The notes below the pieces were generated by a model. The model did no database searches, had not been told where the DNA came from, and saw only the letters and a list, made by a program, of their open reading frames with translations. A stretch of DNA of 64,000 nucleotides from Octopus bimaculoides (taxonomy: Eukaryota). Each line of letters opens with the position of its first letter. Positions within the stretch are counted from its first letter, which is position 1. The stretch covers positions 198,887,315 to 198,951,314 of the forward strand of contig NC_068981.1 in NCBI RefSeq assembly GCF_001194135.2, in the 5' to 3' direction. Below are positions 52,564 through 64,000 of the stretch, in pieces. A program made the position numbers and the translations under genes.

Positions 52564-55500
52564 CTGCATTTAAATTCAATCGTATCAAAATTCAAAATGA
52601 TGTGCCAAGATTTCGCCTATCAGCTGTTCAAACTGGTCGTTTTAGATTTAACTTTTAAATGCCTGTCAGCAGTGTATCTAAATATTTCTGAGAGAGAGAA
52701 TCAAACAAATAAGTTTTGCGATTCTTGTGAACAGTGAATATAAAAATATAATAAACACATGACAAATAGGTCTGGTTGGAGATGACACTCCAATGAATTT
52801 ATTTAATGAAGGTAATCAAGGAAGAGGTAGACCCAGGAAGACATGGGATGAAGTGGTAAGGACTGATCTCAGGAAGTTGGACCTCATGGAGGAAATGACC
52901 ATGGACCGAGATGTTTGGTGATATGAAGTTCTTGAGAAGACCCATCCATGTCAGTGGAGCTGAGTTCTAGAAGTGCTGTGTAGAAAACTTCTCACACATT
53001 CTACCACAATGAACCAAACTACATCCCTTCTCTTCCTCACATTTCTGCAAGAGTACATTCATGTACTTTTTGATTACCTCCCACTCCCCAATCTCGTCCT
53101 CTTGGCCTGGTGCCACTTGCTCTCTGCTTGCTCCCGACCTGTGCGTTCTATCCACATGTCTTGTCTCACTCTATTATTGCCATCTGCTGCCCCCCGACCT
53201 GGGTGTTCCACCCACACATAACAAGATAATTCATATATCTATGAATGTGTGTGTTTTTGTGGTCTGCATTTGTCCTCCACTACTGCTTGGCAACTGGTGT
53301 TGGCGTGTTTACGTCCCCATAGCTTAGTGGTTTGTAAATACCAAGTTTAAAAAACAAAAATGGGGGTGATTCATTTGACTAAAATTCTTCAAAGTGGTGC
53401 CCAAGCATGGCCACAGACTGAAACAAGTAAAAGAATAAAAGAACTAAATATTAGCAAGGAGTTGATCCGAGCATCATTCCAATAAATGTTTCAATTTTCT
53501 CCCCTCTACAAACCATAATTTTTTTTTTCTTCTTTTTTTTTTTTGTTGCTTTCCTAGAATATAATTGTTTCTCTGTATTATACATATCTGTATCATCAAG
53601 TGACAGGGTTTCACCATAAAAAGCGTTATTTATTTATCTTATTTTCTGCAAATCAATAAAACTTTTTTTTTTTCTGAAGGTTAACTGGAAACATTCAGAA
53701 ACAATGGCAATAAAAATACAATACATTATTGTCTCTGTAAGAGAGACATTAGTGACTGGAAGTGTAATTAATGATGCTTCAACCAACCTGCAGCAAAAAC
53801 TGAGGTGAATCCCATCATTTGGAGCTACTCCCATATCAGGGTCGGTCCTGCTTTTATACATACAAACATCCAGGACAGTGTCTTATATATACACAAAAAA
53901 GGAAAAAAGTCACCCAACAAACTGACAGAGTCACTCATTGACACTTTCCGGTCCTTTCACTGCCTTTCCTCTGCCTCCTCCCACAACTGCTGTTATTGCT
54001 ACAACAATGGCCTATTCTCCTCAGTCCACTGAGGAGCATGTTGCATTCCCTCATCTCAACCCTACCAGTTTCAATTTCAGCTATTTTGCCAATACTACTT
54101 CCCCTGCATTACATCCCTCTGGAATTCCTTCACATATAATTTTATAATGAACAGGCAGAGTCAGAATGCTTGTAAAACAACAATACGTGAACAAGATGTT
54201 TATCTAGTCTATATTAGCATAGAAAAATGTTAAAGAATTAAATGGAGAAACATATAAAGTTGGTTCTTGTGAGATTTTACATTATGAAACAACGAAGAGG
54301 AAAGCAGAATGTTTAAAGTATGAATCAAGATGATATAAAATGAATTTAAATAATTCTTACTGATGATATATAAATGCATCAGTGGTAACCACCACCACTG
54401 CCACCACCACCAGCCCTTGAATATCTTAGTTGGGCACACTCTCTTACAAGCAATCAGACTAATCCTGTTATCTAATCAGAAATACAACACCAAGAATGAT
54501 TTAGAATGCTATGAAAACAAGACCAGGATTCAGAACTTTCAACTAAAAGAGAATCTGGTAAGAATTTTTAATTTGCAGACGAACTTATTTTCTAAGAAAA
54601 AATTAGGATATTATTAACTCCGGTGTGATATTACTTATGATGCCACCTGGCAGGAATTTTGCTACAGCAGTGAAGAATGAATTGAAACCAGAAGTGTTTA
54701 GAAGTTGGGAATCAATTAGGGAATTCAGCTAATGGAATAGGAGAGAGAAGAAAAGAGATATACATAGCTAGATGATGTTAATTAATGGCACATTGCAGTC
54801 TTCTAGGCCATTGGATCTACCCTGTTGAACAGTCCAACCCATGCCAGCAAGGAAAGCAGATGTTAAAGGAGGATGATGATGATATTGGAAGAACTGAACC
54901 AGTAATATTTTGGCAATATTGAAACTATATCAAAGCAACTGAATAATTTCAAGAGGGTCATTTTTTTTTGCCAGATACACACAGGCACTCTAGATTTTTT
55001 TTCTTCACTCGTTTATTACTGTTCTTATTTTATTATTTTAACTCATGTCCAGACAATGGACAAGAGTTAAAATAATGAAAGAAGAATAGGAATGAAAGAG
55101 TGAAGAAAAAAGATATATTTATATATATATAGTATGTGTGTTTATTTGGCAAAGAAAAAGATAAAAAGTACCATCCCCGAAATACAACAATATTTGTTTC
55201 AACACACAATTTCACAGCAGGATCAAGATGAATGAATAATTTCATATATATTGAAAATCCATGACAACTGGATATGAATATTTAACATTTTTATAAGACT
55301 GAAACTATATCGAAATACCTGGACTGTTGCTTGAAAACTTCCAGGAAATTCAACACAAACTCCGAGGTTATTCAGTGTGGTAGAAATAACAGCCAAATCT
55401 TCTTCAAGCCAGACTCTAATGTCTGGACAAAGGATGATATTAGGTTATGTAGTCCAAGGTACACTCAACCTAACAAAAAAGTTGGGTGGTCATGGTTAGA

Positions 55501-57031
55501 ATGTCCTTCATTGTAGTCTTGCTTGTTCAAGGCCAACTACATTTTTGTAAAGATTTAGTTGGAGGAGGGGGGGGGCAACCATGATCTTGTCTCATTACCA
55601 AGAGGTGGGGTGAGGGAAGAGATTGTCCTATGAATGAAAACCTGGTCTCATTGCTAACAATAACAACAACATTTTGGAAGTAATGTAATCCAGTGTTACA
55701 TTAACAAAGCAAATGATGGATAAGAAGAGAAAGTAATCTCTATCAACGAAAAATCAATCAAAAATGGGTTGGTATTGAAGAATATTATCCAAATGTGTTA
55801 TCAAGATCAAATGGCAGTTTATCTTGTGATGCTGACAAATTACTTTAGAAACTTGTTCACTACAAAGATGTAGAGTCTAATTCTATTGCTGCAATTTAGA
55901 TATGAAAAATAATTGACATCAATAAAGGGTAAGATGAATAACAAGTTTATAATGAACACACACGTAAACCCGTATACATATGTATGTGCCTATACACACA
56001 CACCTCTAACACTTGAAATGAAATCTCTTTGAATAACTGGCTGCACTTCACTGCGAGAAGAACTTTATTAAGTATATAGAGTGGCAAAAGTATATATAGG
56101 CATGGCCATATGGTTAAGTAGCTTTTGCAAGGCCTTGGGAGTGAATTCATCATCATCATTTAACATGTGTTTCCCATGCTGGCATGGGTTGGGCAGTTTG
56201 ACAGGAACTGGCAACTTAGAAGACTACACAAAGTTCCACCGGCATCGTTTCTATGGCTAGAAGTTAAAATCCAAGCTGTATCCTCATGAAGCAGGTTCCA
56301 ATAATCAAATGTATGTGTATAGAGAAGATTCATTTGAGATGAGGAATACAAACGAGTTGAAAGTTCTGGTGAATCATATTTGCAGAGGAGTAAGTGTATA
56401 TATTCAAGCAAAGACTAGAAAGTTTGATAGATTTCTAATTCCATGTTACACTTGTTGCATTAACGGATAGGAAATACATTATGAATATTAATATGAATAT
56501 AATACATTCTTAATATGTTCTTAATACATTCAGAAAACACGTATGGGATCACTTATATGTTTTCTATACTGTAGACACTTATTATGACTTTATTATAATA
56601 TCATTATTATTAGTATCAATAATTATATTCATAAGGCATTTGCTTCACTGTAACATGTATAATCATCATCATCATCATCATCGGTAATAAAAATATACCA
56701 AACTTTCTAGTCTTTGTTTTTATATATCATCATCATCATCATTTAACATCCTTGTTCCATGCTAGCATAGGTTAGATGGTTTGATAGGAGCCAATGGATC
56801 CAAGTATGGCACCAAGTTCCAATGGCTGCTTTGGCATGGATTCTACAGCTGGATGCCTTTCTTAACAGCAACCATTTCATAGCATGAACTGAGTGCTTTT
56901 TCTGTTTTTTTTTCTACCATCAACACTACTGAAATGATCAAGCAGTTTGTAGAATTATGAGCCGTGAGGGAGGTTGTGGGGGGTTCAGCTTTAGGCTAGG
57001 GATCAAGGGGATTACTAAGAGAAAGACATAT

Positions 57032-57737
57032 ATCATCATCATCATTGCTGTTTAACATTTGCTTTCTATGCTGGCATGGGTTGGAAGGTTTGAATGAGGA
57101 CTGAGAAGCCAGAAGGATGCACCAGGCTCCAACCTGATCTGGCAAAGTTTCTACAGCTTCCTAACGCCAACCACTCCGAGAGTGTAGTGGGTGCTTTTAA
57201 CATGCCACTGGCATGAGGGCTAGTCTGGTGGTACTAGCAACAACCATGCTCAAATGGTGTTTTTTACGTGCCACCTGCATGAGAGCCAGTCTGGCAGCAC
57301 TATATATATATAGTACTTATTCTATCAGCCTAGTACTTATTCTATCAGTCTCTTTTGATGAACCGCTAAGTTACGGGGACATAAACACAGACACACAAAC
57401 GCACATACAAATCCAAGGCCTCTGCCTGGGATGTAACCAGCCGACTTACGCGTAACATTCCTTCTTTGGACACTAAACTCCGCTTGCGAAGACCTGTTGA
57501 GGCAAGTGAAATCGAAATTGAACTAAATTTGTAGACTGGCACCCATGCCAACGTCTCCTTCATTGGACACTAAACTCAGCTTGCGAAGACCTGTTGGGGT
57601 AAGCGAAAGCGAAATTGTGATGGCACCTGTGCCCAGCGTCGCCTTCCTGACACTTGTGCCTGGAGCAGGCTCTGGGCTTCCCAGACCCCCGTCGAACTGT
57701 CCAACCCATGCTAGCATGGAAAACAAACTTTAAATGA

Positions 57738-57740
<3 letters not shown>
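57032..57740. mobile_element. Nested cluster: RTE tail (-), SINE 3' part (-), RTE 3'UTR (+)
   Basis: Recognisable family motifs in both orientations. Confidence 0.75.
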
Positions 57741-57831
<91 letters not shown>

Positions 57832-59039
57832 TATGTGAGGGAGAGATATAGGAGAGAGAGATAGAGAGAGACAGAGAGGGAGTAATAACAATGCAGTGAT
57901 TTGTACTTTTAAATAATAAACTATTTATAAAGTACTTGAATGACAACCACAAACATGAACTGCTGTTGAAGATGTGTGTCTGAATGATGTCACTAACTTG
58001 AGTAAATTCCAGGTTAAAAACCCAAATTCATTTTTAAGGCTCTAACGTTCATAAATTTTAAAACATTTTCTAAAAGGTACAGTTTCCTGTACAACAACAA
58101 GAAGTCATTGTTGGGAAGTAAAATCTTCAAACAGATTCTAACAGAATTGAAGAAACAACAAATTAGAAGCAGAAATTCAGAACATCAAGAATAAAACATA
58201 ATTTTTGAAAGAAACAATAAAAAATTAGTTGCTTGAACCCTTTTGATACCAATGCACCCAAAACTACCCCTAATTCAATGATGCAAGTTCCTTGTTTTAA
58301 AGTTATCTAAAGTAAAACCTTTCACCAAAATCTAACGTTAATTTATATTCCAAGCATCAGCTTTTAACAACAAAGTTATTTTACTAAATTCTTCAATATT
58401 TTCAAAATAAAATTAAATAAAAGCCATGTATTTCAACGAGAATATGGTAACAAAAGGGTGTAATGATGAAGATCATGGTATTATGTCCATTCTTTAAGCA
58501 GACAGGAATCTTAAATGTTTTTATGAAGCTAGTTTGAAAATAGCAATTAGTTTGTTTTGAGAATAATCAACCATAACACCATAATCTCTGATGCTAATCA
58601 GTATAAAACTGGTTGTTCAGGTGCTGAATGCAAATTGACCTCAAGAATTTGGTTGAACTTATGGCCAAGGAGAACAACTACCATTATCAGTTATATTAAT
58701 AATATTGACAATGAAAAAAATTTTAAAAAATCAATCCTTTTTTTTTCCCTAGTTATAAATTCTACGTTCAGAAATACATAACTGGAGAGACATTATTTGA
58801 AAATAGATTCTGGTTAAACTATGTAACTGCTTTTATTCTGATCACAACTGCAATTAGTACAAAAGAGTACAAATTGAGATCAGACCTGAGAACTTTAGTT
58901 CAATAAATTATCAAGTGATCAACTGAGAAGAGTAGTTTTACAAGTATCAAAACACTAACGAACTTGGCTGTTTTTTATTAGTATTGTCACATTCACTTGT
59001 CAGTTATCCTTGGAAATGTCACCATCATTCTGTCCTCAC

Positions 59040-59120
59040 TGTTCACTGTAAACCTATTAGTACTCCATTCTCAACATCAATTACTGTACTCTTACCTGAA
59101 AATACAGAAACACATAAATA
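59040..59120 (-). promoter_or_regulatory. Candidate recursive splice site (junction 59096/59095)
   Basis: Minus strand TATTTATGTGTTTCTGTATTTTCAG|GTAAGA; possible second donor CA|GTGAGG 56 nt downstream. Confidence 0.4.
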
Positions 59121-59133
59121 CTTAAGTACATGT

Positions 59134-59134
<1 letters not shown>

Positions 59135-59170
<36 letters not shown>

Positions 59171-59521
59171 TAATAATAAGGCGCACAGAGCTGCGCTCAG
59201 TAGTGAAGTGAAAGCACGTTATAAAAATAAAACTACTGAACAATAATAATAATAATCAGCATGGTACCGTAGGCTGCAGACAAAACTTGAGTTAAAAATG
59301 ATAATAATAATAATAATAATAGTAATAATAATAATAATAATAATCATGTGGCCAGATATGTCTGCTGAATGTTGTGCGGTAAAGCAAGTATTGAGAGAGC
59401 TGAACAATGGTATGAACACAAACCAGAGGGAGTAAAGGGAAACAAACATCAGAAAATACTTAGGGATTTTAACATGCAGTGCGACCAAGTCATAGAGGCG
59501 AGACGACCAGATATTATGCTC
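59135..59521 (+). mobile_element. Cluster of R4/Dong-like fragments separated by (TAA)n tracts
   Basis: 59178-59241 matches the 3' terminus of the 13912-14550 element; 59345-59521 encodes HVARYVC*...WYEHKPEGV...DFNMQCDQVIEARRPD (RLE region). Confidence 0.75.
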
Positions 59522-60095
59522 ATTCATCATCATCATTTAACATCCGTCTTCCATGCTGGCATGGGTTGGGCGGTTTGACTGCGGACTGGCAAGACAGGAG
59601 GTCGCACCAGGCTCCAATCGGATCTGGTGATATTTTTGTAATTCGACAGTTCATCTAAATGCACATTGCACAATGCTCACTTCCAGGTACCCAAGTGTGA
59701 GTTTAAAAAAAAATTTTTTTTTTAACTGGTACTACCTGTAGGCAGTAAGTTCCACTCCCTCCAGGAGTTTTCCTGTCCTGCTAATGGGCTTGAGTGTTGT
59801 TTGCAATTGATTGTGTTCAATTGGGGGTGCTTCCCGAAGAAGGCAGTGTAGTATCCTTTGCTGAGGGTTTAACACTACTAGACTGAGTTGCTGTCACTGC
59901 TGCGGATTATGGAGGTGGTAGTGATGCTGGCTGGTGCGATTTTGTGGTTTGCTGGTATGATGGAGGAGGAGGTGGCTGGGAGAGAGAGATCCAGCGGACG
60001 CCCAACTGGATCTCTGGTCTTGAAGGTGTAATGTGGATGTGCAATGGTGGAGCTGGCTGGTGTGATGATGATGGCAGCTGGTGTGGTGGTCTTCC

Positions 60096-60480
60096 TCACA
60101 GTACTTCACGGTACACAATGTCTTGTGTGGATGTCACACCACATTTTTGGCCTTGTCTGTGAGCGTGATGGAGTGCCATGACTCTTACTCTGATATTGTT
60201 CATAGCTTCTGCTCTTGAAAATGCGACATGTATTTGGCCACGAGAAAATATCAGTTGAGGCAAATGTATTCCAACTTATTCAAATGTTTGCCCTTGAGTC
60301 TTATTAATTGTCATTGAAAATGCAAGTCAAAGTGGAAACTGAAGTCTGTTTAGTGTGAATGGAATATTTGCATCACTTAGGCTAAGTTTAATTCTGGGAA
60401 TTAGAACTGTACGACCTCTGTTGCAGCCTGTTACCAATGATGCCTCTTCGCACCTTCATGCGAGTTCCATTACACAATGC
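60096..60480 (-). pseudogene. Second Helitron helicase C-terminal remnant
   Basis: LCNGTRM; VTGCNRGRTVLIPRIKLSLSDANIPFTLNRLQFPL*LAFSMTINKTQGQTFE*VGIHLPQLIFSRGQIHVAFSR...IVYREVL*, with stops and a frameshift. Confidence 0.9.
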
Positions 60481-61303
60481 TTAACTGATGAAAAGACTTC
60501 TTAACAGCATAACAATAATCCCTGCCGTCTGTTGCTTTGCCACTCACTTCAACCATTCCTCTTCTGCTTAATGTCCTTTATTTGTCTTTTTTTTTTTTGT
60601 GTACCTTTCTCTTCAACTGTAGAAAAGCAACAATAATAGTCACAGCTATTTGGTGAGAGAGAGTGCGTGAGAGGCAGACAGACAGAATAATTCTCTTTGC
60701 AATTTCCATATTTCCCACTGCTTTATCATATATTTGTGGAAAAGGTAAAGTTTTGCAGCATTTTGTCTGCAACAATATGAGAACGGGTTTCATTCTCTAT
60801 CCACTCCCTATCTCTCTAAACTCTCTCTCTCTCTTTCCCCTCCCCCCTCTATGTCTCCTTGCTTCTCACCCGTCCTACTGCAGTAACGAAAAGTAAAAAT
60901 AACATCCTATATTTGCTGGGGTTGTTTTGTCTTTGGTGTAACATTGTGTCGATGTATCGAGTTTTCTTTCAATGTATGCACTCTGAAAAAACTGATAAAC
61001 ATTTACAAAACAGGAAACGAACGACATCTTCCTTTCAATCATCACTCACTCTGTCTGTCTGTCTGTCACTGTCTTGCTTTCTATCTCAGTCCCTGTCTGT
61101 CTGTCTGTCCTATCTCTCACTTTGCCACTCCCTTCAACACACACACACACACACACCTTTTCTCTTTTACGTTTTCAATCAGGAACTACAGTAGAGACAC
61201 TAAGGTGCCAGTCAGTGGGAGTGAACACAAAACCATGTGGTTGCAAAGTGAACTTCTTAACCACACAGCCATGCTGGTACTTACACTTCCCAATAAATTG
61301 TGT

Positions 61304-61358
<55 letters not shown>

Positions 61359-61947
61359 CAAGACTTCATTCAATACAAGAGAACTTAAGAAAAAAACAAG
61401 GGTGAAATACAAAATCAAATTTTCTTCTTTAATCAATAATCTTTAACTGGTTGAATGGGTCAAATATCTCATAATCTCCAAAGCCAGGATATCTTGCATT
61501 TAGTGGAACTTTCAATAAAAGCTTTGCAGCAATTCCCATCTTGTATTTTTTCCCAGACACATTAGCTCCAAGACAAGATTATTTACTGTGCAAAGTGTGA
61601 TTGAAGGGAGATTCGGCTGCTATTTCTAGTAAGTCAAGCAACAATGTAAAAGACTGTTTTGTGGGGTCCAGTACCTAGCTCCTTTGATATTTGTTTTGAT
61701 TAGATCTGTTCAGTTAACACTACTACAAGTGTGTGTGAATAACTCAAACATTATAAATCTTTGCCTCAATAAAACGATTCAGTGTTGCACACTGACAAAT
61801 TGTCTCTGCAAAACTGGTGTCAATGTGGACACACAGACATATTTAGATTCAACCAACAAACGATTCACTTGCAATAAGGTGCGCTGACACATTTCAAATG
61901 GAAGACTTATTTTTCTCTTCACAGCTTCTATGTCTGACCATACTCAC

Positions 61948-61971
61948 AGCAGTAGCAAGTTTTTGAAAGTT
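61948..61971 (-). CDS. Possible 24-nt upstream exon (NFQKLATA, phase 0->0)
   Basis: Donor GCT|GTGAGT is good and the phase is compatible, but the acceptor pyrimidine tract is weak. Confidence 0.2.
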
Positions 61972-62039
61972 CTATTTCACACATAAGACTTACATGAAGA
62001 AATTGCTTTATTATAAAAGGAAGAGTGGGGGTAGCAGGG

Positions 62040-64000
62040 AACTATATCAGATAGCCGGAAGGGAAGTTAGGCGACAGGTATATCTAGCCAGAGGAGAAGT
62101 AGAAAAGAAGAAATTTGCCTAAGTTCAGCGACGTGAGGACCAAAGACTTGAAGCGTTTCAAATTGCAGGACAGTGTGTGAGAGAAAACTATGATGTCATA
62201 GGAGAGAAATATGTCCACATGGATGATGGTGCACTTGCATTAATTGAGTCTGCATAGAAAGAGGATTGGAAATGCAATTATTAATGTCTGATGAGCGTGG
62301 AGAATGGATGGGAGGAGAAGAGTCGGCCAAATGTTGACCCAACTGAGGGACCAGCTATCCAACAGTACCTTGGTAGATGAAGCAATTAAGGATATTAAGA
62401 CAGGGAAAGCCCCTGGCCCATTAGGAATCACTGCCAAGATGCTTAAAATATCAGGTGGTGTGGGTTATGGTGTTGTCACCCATATTGTAAATCAGGTAGT
62501 TCATGAAGGAGTCATACCCAATGACTGGTGTAGCAGCACCATAGTCAAATGCTACAAAAATAAAGGTGATACCTTAGACGTAATTACAGAGGTATAAAAT
62601 TATTGGATCAGGTGATGAAAGTTACAGAGAGGGTCATTGCCCAAATAATTAGGGAGAGAGTTGGCCTAGATGAGATACAGTTGGGTTTTGTGCCAGGAAG
62701 AAGCACCACTGATGCTATATTGCTGGTAAGGCAGCTAAGGAGAAATACCTAGCCAAGGATAAACCTCTGTACTTGGCTTTTGTTGACTTGGAGAAAGCCT
62801 TTGACATGGTCCCCCAATCCCTTAACTGGTGGTCAATGCGGAAACTAGGGATAGATGAGTGGTTAGTGAGAGCTGTACAAGCCATGTACAGAGATGCTGA
62901 CAGTAAGATTAGCAGTGAATACAGCGATGACTTCTAGGTACAAGTAGGGGTTCACTAAGGATCAGTTCTCAGCTCCCTCTTGTCCATCATAGTCTTTCAG
63001 GCAGTAAAAGAGGAATTTAAGATGGGCTACCCCTGTGAGCTCCTCTATGCTGATGACCTTGTTCTTATAGTGAATCACTACCAGAACAAGAGAAGTTTCA
63101 GGTATGGAAGCAAGGTCTAGAATTGAAGGGCCTTAGAATTAACCTAGCAAAAACCAAAGTCTTAGTAAATAGGAAGGCAGACAAATCGCAAATGCCTTCA
63201 GGTAGATGGCCCTGCTTGATCTGTAGTTCTGAGTTCAAATTCCGCCGAGGTTGACTTTGCTTTCATCCTTTGGGGGTTGATAAATTAAGTACCAGTTGTG
63301 TACTGGGGATGATCTAATCAACTGACACCCTCCCCCAAAATTTTGGGCCTTGTACCTAGAGTAGGAAAGAATATCAGAGGAAAGTTAACAGAGAAAATAG
63401 CTTTTGTGTGTGGAAGATGCACAAGTACAATAAATGCTGAAAATGTACAAAAAAAAAAGACTTCATCAACTGCCAGGTGGATAAGCTAGAGGCAGTAGAT
63501 AGCTTCCATTATCTAGGTAACCAAGATAGTTGTGGAGGTGGATGCTCCAAGAGTATAGCTGTGAGAATAAGAATAGGCTGGGCAAAGTTTAGAGAGCTCC
63601 TACCTTTGCTGGCAACAAAGGGCATCTCTCTCAGAGTGAAAGGCAGATTGTATGATACCTGTATGTAAACAGCTATGCTACATGGCAGTGAAACATGGGC
63701 TGTGACAGCCGAGGACATGGGTAGGCTTGAAAGAAATGAAGCTGGTATGCTTCGTTGGATGTGCAATGTCAGTGTGCATCTTCAACAGAGTGAAGATGCA
63801 CACTGAGAGAAAAGTTGAGCATAAGAGGCACTGGATGTGGTGTACAAGAGAGACGATGGTGCTGGTATGGTCATGTCATGCTTATGGATGAGGATAGCTG
63901 TGTAAAGAAGTGCCAATCTCTAACTGTAGAGGGAACCTGTGATAGAAGTAGACCCATTACACTCTCAGAGTGGTTGGCATTAGGAAAGGCATCTAGCCAT
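62040..64000 (+). mobile_element. Decayed RTE-clade LINE (RT domain to 3' end, cut by the window edge; SINE inserted at about 63225-63371)
   Basis: KTGKAPGP, DWCSSTIVKCYKNKGD, AFVDLEKAFD, QGSVLS-like, LLYADDL and RIRIGWAKFRELLPLL motifs, with stops and frameshifts. Confidence 0.92.

Noticed and set aside
52967-53221. Purine-rich minus ORF (EWEVIKKYMNVLLQKCEEEKG)
   Set aside because: No pyrimidine tract or acceptor; possibly a LINE ORF1 remnant, but unsupported.
56259-56388. Plus-strand open segment KLKSKLYPHEAG...NHICRG ending in GTAAGT
   Set aside because: The acceptor is created by the junction with a truncated RTE tail, and there are no partner exons.

Overview
This is AT-rich, microsatellite-dense, gapped eukaryotic genomic DNA. 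The repeat families I recognise suggest a coleoid cephalopod, most likely Octopus (inference). It contains no prokaryotic genes, rRNA, intact tRNA or CRISPR arrays, and nearly all ORFs in the supplied track are microsatellite, N-gap or decayed-transposon artefacts. The window appears to be mostly intron of a minus-strand protein-coding gene. I traced four phase-compatible exons by eye (52563-52528, 51645-51566, 33205-33160, 22160-21931), which splice to an unidentified alpha/beta-type peptide. The introns carry decayed RTE, CR1-like, R4/Dong-like and Penelope-like retroelements, tRNA-derived SINEs, a full-length dead mariner, Helitron remnants and several foldback elements. The most interesting signals are: (1) three minus-strand TTTCAG|GTAAG sites, one (17025/17024) with complete recursive-splice-site plus 57-nt cryptic-exon architecture; (2) Penelope-associated hammerhead ribozyme motifs of two families, one with an intact catalytic core; (3) a perfect 126-bp-arm inverted repeat. 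Everything was read manually, repeat boundaries are approximate, and no database search was run.
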